A DNA stretch of 64,000 nucleotides from a phage. The translations under genes and the position numbers were made by a program. The notes beneath the pieces were generated by a model that was not told where the DNA came from, made no database searches, and worked only from the letters and a program-made list of their open reading frames with translations. Location of the stretch: sequence record PZ445448.1, one strand, 5' to 3'. Shown here piece after piece: positions 9,472 to 18,311 of the stretch; positions within the stretch are counted from its first letter, which is position 1, and each line of letters starts with the position of its first letter.

Positions 9472-10694
9472 GCGTTATTCAACAATTCGCTAACCCGATG
9501 AATCCGCGTGAAACTGTTTTACTGGCTCACGGCATGATTAAACGCGTCAGCATCAAGCCTATCAAAGGTGCTGATCCTACAACAGGTATTAAAACCACTG
9601 TGTGGCAAGGTAAGAAAATTGAATCCAGCCACACCATCTCTTTACTGATTTCTGAACTGGATTCCTCTGATAACCTACTTCAAGGTGGTGAAGAAGTTTG
9701 GATCAGTATGGGCGATAAGCTGCTTAAACCGGGTCATCAAGACTCTGTCTCTGTTAAAATTGATGACAAGTGGGAAACCGTAACGCCAGGATGGATCGTA
9801 AATATCCCTTTGAAGGCAAACGAGCATAACGGTAAGACCTACTACAAAGGCTCACTGGCTAAGATGGTTAAGCTGGGTGCAGGAGAGGCTCCAGCAGCGA
9901 CTCAGCAGCAAAAACAGCAACAAGGTGCACAATCACAAGGCCAGAAGCAGAAACCTCAGCAGAATGCCAATCAGGACGTTTTACGCATCTATGGTGATGT
10001 GACTCAGATTGTTGGCAACGTGGTTACTGTAAATGATCACAAGATTGGCGAAGGTGCTATGGTTGTAACTGATGAGCAGCTTAAAGACCTGGTGGTAGGT
10101 GGTCGTGTTGCAGCCATTGTGGACAAAGACACCGGAAACATTATCAGTGGTTTCAAAGCCTACCCACCTAAGGCAGAGAACGGCACTCAAGGCCCTGGTG
10201 GCAAGCGTAAATCCTCTTACGACCCTATTGGTGTGGAGACGGGGCATAGCATCAATGCGTTGCAGATCATCCTGGATCGTGGGTTTAAGGTAGACGACCC
10301 ACTAGGCGTGGCTAAAACACTGCACGTAGTCACCATCGAGCTTAAGAAAGAGTATGCTCAAGCCACCAACCGAACTGAAGATGAAGTAGGTGCCAGTGTC
10401 GGTAATGCGGTGTTGAACGCTTGTCGCCGTATTGACAAGAAAACGAAAGTTGATGATTTTGCAGCGGCAATTACTGCAGAAGCAAAAGATGTCTTGACTA
10501 ATCTGGCTGAGCCGTTGTACGATTGGATCAAGAACGGTGCTGGGTCAACTGACCATCAAGAACCTCAGGCTGCCAAACAGGAAGCAGCTCCACAGCAAAA
10601 CACTGTAGACGCTCCTCCTGTAAATGATGGGGAAGATGACCCGATGGATCAGAATCCAGCACAGTATGACTTCTGTGATGACATACCGTTTTAA
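9468..10694 (+). CDS. putative ssDNA-binding protein with SSB-like acidic C-terminal tail
   Basis: 408 aa; Q-rich linker (QQQKQQQGAQSQGQKQKPQQ); C-terminus ...YDFCDDIPF resembling E. coli SSB tip DDDIPF. Confidence 0.45.
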   Translation: MSVIQQFANPMNPRETVLLAHGMIKRVSIKPIKGADPTTGIKTTVWQGKKIESSHTISLLISELDSSDNLLQGGEEVWISMGDKLLKPGHQDSVSVKIDDKWETVTPGWIVNIPLKANEHNGKTYYKGSLAKMVKLGAGEAPAATQQQKQQQGAQSQGQKQKPQQNANQDVLRIYGDVTQIVGNVVTVNDHKIGEGAMVVTDEQLKDLVVGGRVAAIVDKDTGNIISGFKAYPPKAENGTQGPGGKRKSSYDPIGVETGHSINALQIILDRGFKVDDPLGVAKTLHVVTIELKKEYAQATNRTEDEVGASVGNAVLNACRRIDKKTKVDDFAAAITAEAKDVLTNLAEPLYDWIKNGAGSTDHQEPQAAKQEAAPQQNTVDAPPVNDGEDDPMDQNPAQYDFCDDIPF

Positions 10695-10705
10695 CAATTA
10701 GTTAA

Positions 10706-10738
10706 CATAGCCCTGCCCGAAAGGGTGGGGCATTTTTG
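10706..10738 (+). terminator. stem-loop plus T-run after SSB-like gene
   Basis: gccctgcccgaaagggtggggc followed by atttttg. Confidence 0.4.
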
Positions 10739-10756
10739 TATAAGGAGATCTGAAAA

Positions 10757-11173
10757 ATGACATTAGAAGATATCATTGTTAAACCTGAGAACTATGACCA
10801 ATACAACCTGTCAACTCAATCTGTAGACCTTGGATGCGCCACAGTTAGTGCGTGGCTGGTTAATGGAAAAGAGCTGGACAAGTGCTTAGAAGCTCACATG
10901 TCTGTTAACAAGTTTCTGGATGAAAATACTCACTGGCTTGAGGGTGCTGGAGTATATGCTTCATGGTTGGAGAGCATGGGCTTTGACTATCAATCTGATG
11001 AAGGGTGGTGGAGCTATCTAGCTATCTGTCCAGAAACACTGCAATGCTTCATGAAATACTCTGAAGATCTTGAGTACCGGGCGGTGGTTGATAGTGCTAT
11101 TGCCCGTTATAGCCGTAAACCTTTTTCCCATGACATTAAAACTGTGGAAGAATTTGTTGAAGTTTTCTGTTGA
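10757..11173 (+). CDS. hypothetical protein
   Basis: 138-aa ORF; SD aaggagatc. Confidence 0.5.
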   Translation: MTLEDIIVKPENYDQYNLSTQSVDLGCATVSAWLVNGKELDKCLEAHMSVNKFLDENTHWLEGAGVYASWLESMGFDYQSDEGWWSYLAICPETLQCFMKYSEDLEYRAVVDSAIARYSRKPFSHDIKTVEEFVEVFC

Positions 11174-11198
11174 CACAGGTTGAAAGGTGTGCAATTAT
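11170..11198 (+). promoter_or_regulatory. sigma70-like promoter
   Basis: TTGACA-17 bp-AATTAT(AA). Confidence 0.4.
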
Positions 11199-11269
11199 AA
11201 CTTCATAAAACGGGAGGACGTGATGAACGAAGAAAACTGGGATGTATAACTAACAGGAGGCCACTGCCC

Positions 11270-11467
11270 ATGATTTATCGAATCCGTGTAAGAGAAGATG
11301 CACCAGGCTGTTACTTTGACTGGCGTGGGTGGTGGTTTCTCCACCCAATGGATGGACTCACAGATAGAATGCTGGATGCTGCCCTTTATACAGATACCGA
11401 CATAGAGTATAATCTTTATCTGAAGGATGGTATAGATAACGGCCTGTTTGAAGCAATTCCTGTGTAA
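11270..11467 (+). CDS. hypothetical protein
   Basis: 65-aa ORF; SD aggaggcc. Confidence 0.4.
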   Translation: MIYRIRVREDAPGCYFDWRGWWFLHPMDGLTDRMLDAALYTDTDIEYNLYLKDGIDNGLFEAIPV

Positions 11468-11592
11468 GAGACTGTGATAGCCATGTTTTATGATCTTCCT
11501 GTAGCACCACCTGTTGAACCTGGAGAACTAAGATGATCTATGAAATGCCAAAATTGATCCGTGACGATGCCTAAAACGCTCACACCATTATT

Positions 11593-11958
11593 ATGGGCAA
11601 ACGCATGGATATTATTTGTCATAAAGATTTCTGGGAAGGAAGTTACTTCACAGAATATTTTGGTAAACTGGACAATGGTCTGCTGATCCAGTTCTACACC
11701 GATGCGGAAAACAACATTCACTGGGAGTTCGAAACTGAAGATATCCATAAACTTTTCACCTTCCTCGGTATTAAGGTTGAGGCCAAGTTTGAAGAAGGTG
11801 AGTGCGACGATTGTGGATTCTATGAGGTAACAGATTTCTATCTCCCGAGTGGTGAGAACCTTTACTATGAGAGTCACTTCGGAAACACCAACATGCCTCA
11901 AAGCTGGGAAGAATTTTTCAGTATCGTAGAAGAGGAGCTGGCATACCGTGATTATTGA
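11593..11958 (+). CDS. hypothetical protein
   Basis: 121-aa acidic ORF. Confidence 0.45.
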   Translation: MGKRMDIICHKDFWEGSYFTEYFGKLDNGLLIQFYTDAENNIHWEFETEDIHKLFTFLGIKVEAKFEEGECDDCGFYEVTDFYLPSGENLYYESHFGNTNMPQSWEEFFSIVEEELAYRDY

Positions 11959-12406
11959 TACTGTAAAGGGAGATTTAATCTCCCTTTTTAAGAGCGGTGC
12001 TGGTCACCTAATCCACGGTTGTAACTGCTTCCACACAATGGGTAAGGGCATAGCAAAACAGATTGCCCGTGAGTTTCCTCAAGCATTGTCAGCCGACAAA
12101 GAGACCAGACACGGTTGCCTAAGTAAACTGGGTGCGTTCTCCCGATGGGAGCACTTATCTCCGAGAGGTATTGTCTACGGAATCAATCTGTATACTCAGT
12201 TCTACCCAGGGCCTAATGCTGAATATTTCTCAATCCTGAAAGGCTTTGAGCTAGTCAATGAGGTATTCGAGGGATCGACTTTACCATTCTACATCCCTAA
12301 GATCGGGTGCGGCATAGGCGGTTTGAAGTGGGAGCACGTAGAGGACGTTATTAACCTCGCCACTTTTGATATAGATATTATCGTGGTGGAGTACAAAGAG
12401 TGTTGA
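11948..12406 (+). CDS. macro-domain-like protein (ADP-ribose binding/processing)
   Basis: GDLISL...HLIHGCNCFHTMGKGIAKQIAREFP resembles macro domain VNAAN...GGGV..AI core. Confidence 0.45.
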   Translation: MIIDTVKGDLISLFKSGAGHLIHGCNCFHTMGKGIAKQIAREFPQALSADKETRHGCLSKLGAFSRWEHLSPRGIVYGINLYTQFYPGPNAEYFSILKGFELVNEVFEGSTLPFYIPKIGCGIGGLKWEHVEDVINLATFDIDIIVVEYKEC

Positions 12407-12431
12407 CAGCCGACTTTTGAGATGGTATAGT
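12403..12431 (+). promoter_or_regulatory. sigma70-like promoter
   Basis: TTGACA-17 bp-TATAGT overlapping macro gene stop. Confidence 0.5.
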
Positions 12432-12462
12432 CACCACAACGATTGAGAGAGGGAGCACCACT

Positions 12463-12663
12463 ATGGAGACTAAAATCTTAATTCTGGCTGTGATAGATAC
12501 GACCGAAGGGGCCGTGTTCGAATCTGCAGGAGGGTATTTCTACCTGCCCTACGGAAAAATAACTTCCGAACCGAGTAAAGATTCAATCCTTAAAGTGTTC
12601 CCTTGTGCTTTCTGGCTGGAGATTCTAGTAGAAGATTGCAGAGGATTGGGGAGAGAATTATGA
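12463..12663 (+). CDS. hypothetical protein
   Basis: 66-aa ORF with SD agagaggg. Confidence 0.35.
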   Translation: METKILILAVIDTTEGAVFESAGGYFYLPYGKITSEPSKDSILKVFPCAFWLEILVEDCRGLGREL

Positions 12664-12854
12664 GAAACAAGAAAGAGCTTTATTCTGGCGAGTGGATCAA
12701 CGATCAACAGGTCGGAGAGGTAACCTGCTTCCGGTGTTTTACTCGGTACAATCTTAAAACTGCACCAAAAAGTGTTCCAAAGACTGACGGTTATTACATA
12801 AAAGAACCTCATTGCCCAAAATGTAAATGCCGATTGTACTGGAGCAATCTATAA
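12660..12854 (+). CDS. small zinc-ribbon protein
   Basis: CFRC ... CPKCKC pairs; SD ggggagag before ATG 12660. Confidence 0.5.
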   Translation: MRNKKELYSGEWINDQQVGEVTCFRCFTRYNLKTAPKSVPKTDGYYIKEPHCPKCKCRLYWSNL

Positions 12855-12858
12855 GAGG

Positions 12859-12886
12859 TTGACATCTGAAAACTGCAGTGTATAGT
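12859..12886 (+). promoter_or_regulatory. sigma70-like promoter
   Basis: TTGACA-16 bp-TATAGT. Confidence 0.5.
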
Positions 12887-12917
12887 ATACGCATAAACTA
12901 ACAGAGAGCGATGTATT

Positions 12918-13109
12918 ATGGTAATTTTTAACCGGGATGGTATCATAGTTAGACAGCACCCGTTCCTTGAATACTATCAAATTGAGCAATGGTGCTACGG
13001 GGATTGCAGTCACTCCTATGGGCAAAGTTGGGGATATCGCACAGTTTTTGAATCAACAGACCTTGACAAAGTAAGACAGAAAGTTTTAGAACTTATTAAC
13101 AACAAGTGA
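12918..13109 (+). CDS. hypothetical protein
   Basis: 63-aa ORF. Confidence 0.45.
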   Translation: MVIFNRDGIIVRQHPFLEYYQIEQWCYGDCSHSYGQSWGYRTVFESTDLDKVRQKVLELINNK

Positions 13110-13118
13110 GTATGATAT

Positions 13119-13451
13119 ATGGTAACATTAGAAAGACGTAAAGCTATCGCCGCCACACTGGCAGACATCTTTTGGGATTGCAACTTAAAAGATACCAGAA
13201 ATTGTGGCGCATCTGTAGATGTATTATTCCCACGGCCCACCATTGTTGCAATGGGAAACCTGTTAAACGTAGTGTACGGAGCATGGGACAAAGAAGGTGG
13301 ATTCTATATCTGGCAACCTGACTACGGAGCCTGGAAAGAGGTAAGGGGTGCGGATGACTTTGGGCCTACAGTTGCTAAGATGGATGGCTGGGAAATTTAT
13401 GTTGGAAACGACATGAAGCTGAAAGGCGAGATTGTTTACTGGTTACCTTAA
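13119..13451 (+). CDS. hypothetical protein
   Basis: 110-aa ORF. Confidence 0.5.
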   Translation: MVTLERRKAIAATLADIFWDCNLKDTRNCGASVDVLFPRPTIVAMGNLLNVVYGAWDKEGGFYIWQPDYGAWKEVRGADDFGPTVAKMDGWEIYVGNDMKLKGEIVYWLP

Positions 13452-13471
13452 GAAAGTGCAGGAGATAAAGT

Positions 13472-13717
13472 ATGAACAAAGGGTGGACATTTGTAGACGG
13501 CGTTAAAAACATGCCTCTAGGAAAGTATATCGTAGCCATGGCTGATGAGGATGGCAATGTAGATTTCGGAGCTTGCGAGGTTGTTCTTGCAGGATCTGGT
13601 AACTATGTGAGTAAAACCGGGATAATTAACGGTCAGTTCTACTTTGATCACAACCCTGTTGTAGCGTATATGGCTATGCCAGAGTTCAAGTTCCCAAAGG
13701 AGGGTGCAGATGTTTAA
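13472..13717 (+). CDS. hypothetical protein
   Basis: 81-aa ORF; SD aggaga. Confidence 0.5.
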   Translation: MNKGWTFVDGVKNMPLGKYIVAMADEDGNVDFGACEVVLAGSGNYVSKTGIINGQFYFDHNPVVAYMAMPEFKFPKEGADV

Positions 13718-13907
13718 GCTTAAATCTGCATGGAACATCGCTGTGGGGGACGAGATCCGTATCCCAGGTGGAAAGACCATTATGAAGATATCTCGTATTG
13801 AGTACGAAGGTGACCGTGTATTCCACATCTTCGCAGAAGATGGTCGAGAAATTTATATACAGGCAGGTTCTCACATTTATATCCGTAAGAAAGGGGACGA
13901 CAAATGA
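13704..13907 (+). CDS. hypothetical protein
   Basis: 67-aa ORF; SD aaggaggg. Confidence 0.45.
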   Translation: MQMFKLKSAWNIAVGDEIRIPGGKTIMKISRIEYEGDRVFHIFAEDGREIYIQAGSHIYIRKKGDDK

Positions 13908-14233
13908 CAGAGATCATCATTTCAACTGCAGGGTATGTGTTCCTGACAATCATTGCACTGACTATTTTGGTGACAGTGTATGGGTTTGTTATCCTTCCTA
14001 TCCTTGAGACATTTAGTTTGTGTCGGTGTTGGAGAAAAGCTTACGGTCCACAACCATGGAAGGACTGGCCCCACCTGGTGCGCTTAGCGTTCTCTTATGC
14101 TTACGATCACTCCAGTAGTGCATGCATAACCGGATACCACGCCCACAACTGGAGCTGGGAAGGATTGAGGAAATGGAATGTTACAAAGACCATACCTCTA
14201 CGCATGTACAAACCTAAAAACAAAGACAGCTGA
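13904..14233 (+). CDS. membrane protein
   Basis: N-terminal hydrophobic stretch IISTAGYVFLTIIALTILVTVYGFVILPIL. Confidence 0.45.
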   Translation: MTEIIISTAGYVFLTIIALTILVTVYGFVILPILETFSLCRCWRKAYGPQPWKDWPHLVRLAFSYAYDHSSSACITGYHAHNWSWEGLRKWNVTKTIPLRMYKPKNKDS

Positions 14234-14269
14234 TACTTGAAAATTCCTGGCATATCAAGTGTAAGGGGG

Positions 14270-14730
14270 ATTTCTAAAATGGATTTCCTCCTTTTGATAT
14301 TTCACCGGGCTGGATATTTTAAAATTCTTAGAAAATCAGAAAATGGATCGAAAACTAAAATGGATTTTTCAGAGTAGGCGCGACAAGCTGAATAACTCAT
14401 CCTATCGTTTGCACCATATTCCAGGCCACCATTATAGATTTCCCACACATGCTAACCTCCCTCTACTAGAACTTCCTCCACTTGCCCTTAACCTTCTATG
14501 GTAACAATCTAACCACTATCTTGAAGTTGCGGTGCAGCTTTCCAAGTACTCGATCTACTTTTCATTTCATGGCTTGGATTTTCTGAAAATTTTTCTCGAT
14601 AAATTTCTCAGTACTCGATCTGTTTTTCGTTTTCTGAATCGGATTTTCTGGAAATCGTTCCGGATCTCGACCTGAAATTTTTGGGGACGAAATCGATTTT
14701 TCGTTTTCAGAAATGGATTTTTAAAATTTC
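14270..14730. repeat. iteron-like direct repeats in AT-rich noncoding region
   Basis: Repeated AAAATGGATTT and two ~50-bp copies AGTACTCGATCT..GGATTTTCTG(A/G)AAAT. Confidence 0.5.
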
Positions 14731-14868
14731 TATATGGGAATATTTTATGGGATACTGTTTTATAGGAAATTGTTACGGAGGGTAATTAGCATGCTAATTA
14801 AATTTATTAAATGCGAGGAGTTCTCATTTAGAATTTTGAATGATAATCATTCTCGTTTGCAGAATAAC

Positions 14869-14914
14869 GGGCAGGCCCGGTGATTGTCTCCCCCGTCACC
14901 GGTGCCTGCCGTCC
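14869..14914 (+). repeat. long palindromic hairpin; inverted-repeat copy A
   Basis: gggcaggcccggtga..tcaccggtgcctgcc; reverse complement of 14870-14894 matches 24494-24518 at 24/25. Confidence 0.6.
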
Positions 14915-15374
14915 TTTCGATAGGTATATTGTGCCACCTGGCGGGGCCGCTGTCAACACTTTTCAAAAAATTTTTCTAACCTGATGCGCTAACCGCTGCA
15001 ACCTGGCGGGGCCAGCCTGGCAGGACCTAACTGACCAGGTAGGAGAGAATGAAGGCTTGTAAACCTGGTGGGCCTATGCTATAGGACAGGTAACAATTGA
15101 AGAGGAGGTACAAAAATGAAAGGTAATGTGATCCCCTGGAAAATGTAGCTATTAATGACGCTGAGGCTATCGCCCTGGTTGAAAAGGCCATGGCGGGAGC
15201 GTTGGAACATAAAGAAGAGTACGAAAAAATGATGGTTAACCTGGTAGGGCGGCGGCAGGTGGATTCTATCATAAAAAATAATTTAAAATAATTGTTGACA
15301 ACCGGGGGAGTCCTGCTATTCTTACCCTACAAGGTGAACAACACCGCACTAACTAGTAAAGAGGATAAAAAATC

Positions 15375-15572
15375 ATGAACGCATACGGAATCAAAGTACG
15401 TCGCAACACTCGCCAGGTGGTCACCGATCAAGTGGTTTGCCTGGTGGATGTAACCATCAACAACGGGCAAGGCCTTTATAAATTTCGTCGCGGTCATAGC
15501 TATACCCTGCAACAGCTTAATCGTTGCGCCCTGACAAAAGGTCAGATCAATCACTGGTTTAATAAAAAATAA
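15375..15572 (+). CDS. hypothetical protein
   Basis: 65 aa; SD agaggataa; weak TTGACA promoter ~15295. Confidence 0.5.
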   Translation: MNAYGIKVRRNTRQVVTDQVVCLVDVTINNGQGLYKFRRGHSYTLQQLNRCALTKGQINHWFNKK

Positions 15573-15575
15573 GTA

Positions 15576-15604
15576 TTGACATACGCCCCGACACAAAATA
15601 TACT
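15576..15604 (+). promoter_or_regulatory. sigma70 promoter
   Basis: TTGACA-17 bp-TATACT. Confidence 0.6.
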
Positions 15605-15636
15605 GAAATCACAAAAGACACTAAGAGGATAAAATC

Positions 15637-16035
15637 ATGAAAACCACAACCTTTAATTTTGACAATGCCGACTTCTCTTTTTCTGATGTCAAGAACTGCC
15701 GCCGTGATCGTGGATTTTACAAGGCTTATAATCTGGTTGGCCTGGACGATGATAATAATTTGCACGAAGTAGCGGAGATCCGGTACTATGCCGCCGCCAG
15801 CGGTAACACTAACTACTGCGTTTTTTGGATACACGACAACAAGAACAATAAGTACGGTTATACTGGCGGCAAGGCGAGCGGTCACGGTTATGATAAAGCT
15901 AACGCAGCACTTGAGAGCGCATTAAATGCTATGGGGATCACTGCCAACGGCTGGATCTATGAAGAAGAGTTTTTGTCAGCACTTGCTGCCCACCTGGGGT
16001 ATAAAAAGCACATTGTGACATGCGCCCACGAATAA
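15637..16035 (+). CDS. hypothetical protein
   Basis: 132 aa; SD agaggataaaatc. Confidence 0.55.
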   Translation: MKTTTFNFDNADFSFSDVKNCRRDRGFYKAYNLVGLDDDNNLHEVAEIRYYAAASGNTNYCVFWIHDNKNNKYGYTGGKASGHGYDKANAALESALNAMGITANGWIYEEEFLSALAAHLGYKKHIVTCAHE

Positions 16036-16050
16036 AAAAAAAAAAAATTA

Positions 16051-16078
16051 TTGACACGCTGCAAAATTCAAGTAAACT
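16051..16078 (+). promoter_or_regulatory. sigma70 promoter with A-tract UP-like element and leader hairpin
   Basis: A14 run, TTGACA-16 bp-TAAACT, then hairpin ggcgggaaTGTttcccgcc (16089-16107). Confidence 0.6.
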
Positions 16079-16127
16079 ATACACAAAAGGCGGGAATGTT
16101 TCCCGCCAACACAAAGGAAAAAAGATC

Positions 16128-16523
16128 ATGAATAAGAACGTACGCCGCATCATGAACGAACTGGCAAACGATGAAAAAATTATTGATATGCATTTGGTCA
16201 ACATTTGCCGCCGTTGTGTAACATATAACAACCGCGCCGCAAAAGCGCGTGAGATGAACGCAAAAGGCACCTTAAAGCCCTTTCAGGTGGTTGTAAAATC
16301 TATAACCAGTGCAGCAGGCCAGGCGCATGACCACAACAACGGGAGCACTAATATTGATCCGTCTTACGTAATGAAACGGATCCGGACTTGCAAGAATAAA
16401 GAGCAGGTGTATAACGTCATAGATTGGCTGGACTCCCTGGGCGATGTGGTTTATAATAGGTTTTCTGCAGCTATCGAGATCCAGCTTGACAGACTGGACG
16501 GGAAAGTACTGAAAACTTACTAA
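16128..16523 (+). CDS. hypothetical protein
   Basis: Start at ATG 16128 after aaaggaaaaaagatc leader; track ORF starts upstream inside promoter. Confidence 0.55.
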   Translation: MNKNVRRIMNELANDEKIIDMHLVNICRRCVTYNNRAAKAREMNAKGTLKPFQVVVKSITSAAGQAHDHNNGSTNIDPSYVMKRIRTCKNKEQVYNVIDWLDSLGDVVYNRFSAAIEIQLDRLDGKVLKTY

Positions 16524-16524
16524 G

Positions 16525-16572
16525 TTTATTTTTAGATGGCCTTGACGCCAGGGCCATCAATAAAGTAAACTA
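16525..16572 (+). repeat. conserved ~45-bp hairpin element, copy 1
   Basis: tttatttttaGATGGCCTTGacgcCAGGGCCATCaataaagtaaact. Confidence 0.6.
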
Positions 16573-16602
16573 ATCCCAGTTAAGCTAAAAGGAGGCTTGA
16601 AG

Positions 16603-16722
16603 ATGAGCACTACACGCCAGCACACAAAGGTAACTATTATCGTTTGCATCATTGGTTATATCCTGGCGCAAATGTTGATGGGTAGCGCCAACGGTGTCGC
16701 AAAATTTTTCTTAAACTTTTAA
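16603..16722 (+). CDS. small hydrophobic peptide (39 aa)
   Basis: SD aaaggagg 7 nt before ATG; TM-like IIVCIIGYILAQMLMG; below ORF-track cutoff. Confidence 0.35.
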   Translation: MSTTRQHTKVTIIVCIIGYILAQMLMGSANGVAKFFLNF

Positions 16723-16750
16723 TTGACAAGCTAACTTAGATCGGTATACT
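16723..16750 (+). promoter_or_regulatory. sigma70 promoter with leader hairpin
   Basis: TTGACA-16 bp-TATACT; leader gggaaaacttccc. Confidence 0.6.
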
Positions 16751-16800
16751 AAACACATCAACGGGAAAACTTCCCAGAACACACAAAAGGAGAAAACACC

Positions 16801-17142
16801 ATGACCACTATGACCGCCGCAGAAAAAGCTATTCAGATCGCTGCCCTGAAAAAACAGATCGCAGACCTTGAGAATAAGATCGATAACTTTGAAATCGACG
16901 AGGACAAGTACGACGAAAACTATGATGAATGGTTAGACGAGATCTACGGCGAAATTATGATCGGAAACATTTCTTTTCTTCCGTCGCGTATCCTCAAGGA
17001 GCTAGATCCTATCGCTTACCGCTGCGGATTTAGCGACTACATCGACAGCCTGGATATTGAGGACGATGAAGAATACCAGGAATTACAGACAGAGTTGGAA
17101 GAAGCAAAAGAAGAGCTTGCGGAGCTGGAAGAAAACGAGTAA
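16801..17142 (+). CDS. highly acidic coiled-coil protein
   Basis: 113 aa, D/E-rich (DIEDDEEYQELQTELEEAKEELAELEENE). Confidence 0.55.
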   Translation: MTTMTAAEKAIQIAALKKQIADLENKIDNFEIDEDKYDENYDEWLDEIYGEIMIGNISFLPSRILKELDPIAYRCGFSDYIDSLDIEDDEEYQELQTELEEAKEELAELEENE

Positions 17143-17143
17143 G

Positions 17144-17190
17144 ATTATTTTTAGATGGCCTTGACTCCAGGGCCATCAATAAAGTAAACT
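17144..17190 (+). repeat. conserved ~45-bp hairpin element, copy 2
   Basis: Same stem GATGGCCTTG/CAGGGCCATC, loop ACTC. Confidence 0.6.
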
Positions 17191-17231
17191 TTATACTGTT
17201 AACACTGAACTAATGCATAGGAGTTAAAACC

Positions 17232-17477
17232 ATGGCAGCACTAATCACTAAATATTACGCCCCTACCAACACCAAAAGCGCCCGTATCATGGTAAAAGGC
17301 TTCGGACGTAAAAAGGTTTACACCTGGGATTATGCCTTAGACACGGAAGACAACTACACCAACGCGATGACAGATTTTATTAATGAGCTGAACACGCGGA
17401 TCTTGACAAATTATAAAATTACCGATATTGCCTATATAGGGGAAGGCGGGATCTGTTTTGTCGGTATCGTCAAATAA
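17232..17477 (+). CDS. hypothetical protein
   Basis: 81 aa; SD aggagttaaaacc. Confidence 0.5.
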   Translation: MAALITKYYAPTNTKSARIMVKGFGRKKVYTWDYALDTEDNYTNAMTDFINELNTRILTNYKITDIAYIGEGGICFVGIVK

Positions 17478-17488
17478 ACTGTTTTTTC

Positions 17489-17512
17489 GGTGGTCCTGGT
17501 AGCAGGGCCATC
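17489..17512 (+). repeat. diverged copy of hairpin element
   Basis: GGTGGTCCTG gtag CAGGGCCATC; stem kept through wobble-compatible changes. Confidence 0.45.
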
Positions 17513-17535
17513 TATAAAGATAGTTTATCAATACA

Positions 17536-17907
17536 ATGAAAGGAGAAAGTAACATGATCAGTGGGGCAAGTTTTATCATTGGCGCTATTGCTACGGCTTT
17601 AATTGTAAATAAGATCCAGGATAAAAAGGAAAGAGGAAGTACCGCCCTTGCAGAATATCCATTTTGGGCATTCAACGATAACGAAGATTATATTATAAAG
17701 TATAAAAATAAAGAAGGTGACCAAGTAACACCACGACCGATCCCGGCTTACAAAATGCAGGAAACACTATACCGCCTGGAGGCGGGTGGCGCAAAAATTG
17801 TAGACTTTTGGGGATACGACCACACAGATCAGGAAGTTATAAAGCGCCGTATCCGGGCTATTCAGGCCAATATTGAAGTTAGCAAGGGGGGAATATATGA
17901 AAATTAA
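17536..17907 (+). CDS. membrane protein
   Basis: N-terminal TM ISGASFIIGAIATALIV; SD aaaggagaaag. Confidence 0.5.
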   Translation: MKGESNMISGASFIIGAIATALIVNKIQDKKERGSTALAEYPFWAFNDNEDYIIKYKNKEGDQVTPRPIPAYKMQETLYRLEAGGAKIVDFWGYDHTDQEVIKRRIRAIQANIEVSKGGIYEN

Positions 17908-18094
17908 TTTCGAGAAAATTGTAAAGCGCCCTCATGATTCCGAAGAGCTGCCAGAACGCCGCCAGCGTAACAATAAACTGAATAAGCCAAAAAGGTTTGG
18001 GAAGATCTGGCGGAATCATTATGATCGTAAATTGCCGGGCCTACTTTTGGAACGTGAACGACAAGCGGAACGATACCGCCACAAAGACAAATAG
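17897..18094 (+). CDS. small basic protein
   Basis: Start at internal ATG after aagggggg SD; R/K-rich. Confidence 0.4.
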   Translation: MKINFEKIVKRPHDSEELPERRQRNNKLNKPKRFGKIWRNHYDRKLPGLLLERERQAERYRHKDK

Positions 18095-18099
18095 CAACC

Positions 18100-18130
18100 A
18101 ACGCCCCGCCATTGTGCGGGGCTTTTTATT
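18100..18130 (+). terminator. rho-independent terminator
   Basis: cgccccgcc attgt gcggggc followed by TTTTTATT. Confidence 0.7.
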
Positions 18131-18251
18131 TCTATCCTACGAATAGCGCCCCTGGTTGGCCCTGTAAGCGCCAAAAAGGCCCCCACCTATGCAATCGCCC
18201 CTTTAACCTGAAAACATCGCCCAGGGCCGTTTTATGGCGTTAAAAATATCA

Positions 18252-18279
18252 TTGACATCGTCAACAGGTTAGCTATACT
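18252..18279 (+). promoter_or_regulatory. sigma70 promoter
   Basis: TTGACA-16 bp-TATACT. Confidence 0.6.
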
Positions 18280-18311
18280 AACCACATCAAAGAGAGAAAG
18301 GAGTAAACGCC

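Noticed and set aside
12500-12540. tRNA-like T-loop string GTTCGAATC
   Set aside because: Flanking bases do not form a T-stem or cloverleaf and it lies inside an ORF
15115-15293. Tiny ORFs (11-33 codons) in the 14.9-15.3 kb noncoding region
   Set aside because: Weak or no SD and no conservation signal; more likely non-coding regulatory DNA
16535-16558. Conserved hairpins as intrinsic terminators
   Set aside because: T-run precedes rather than follows the stem on the plus strand and the minus-strand reading is followed by A-rich sequence
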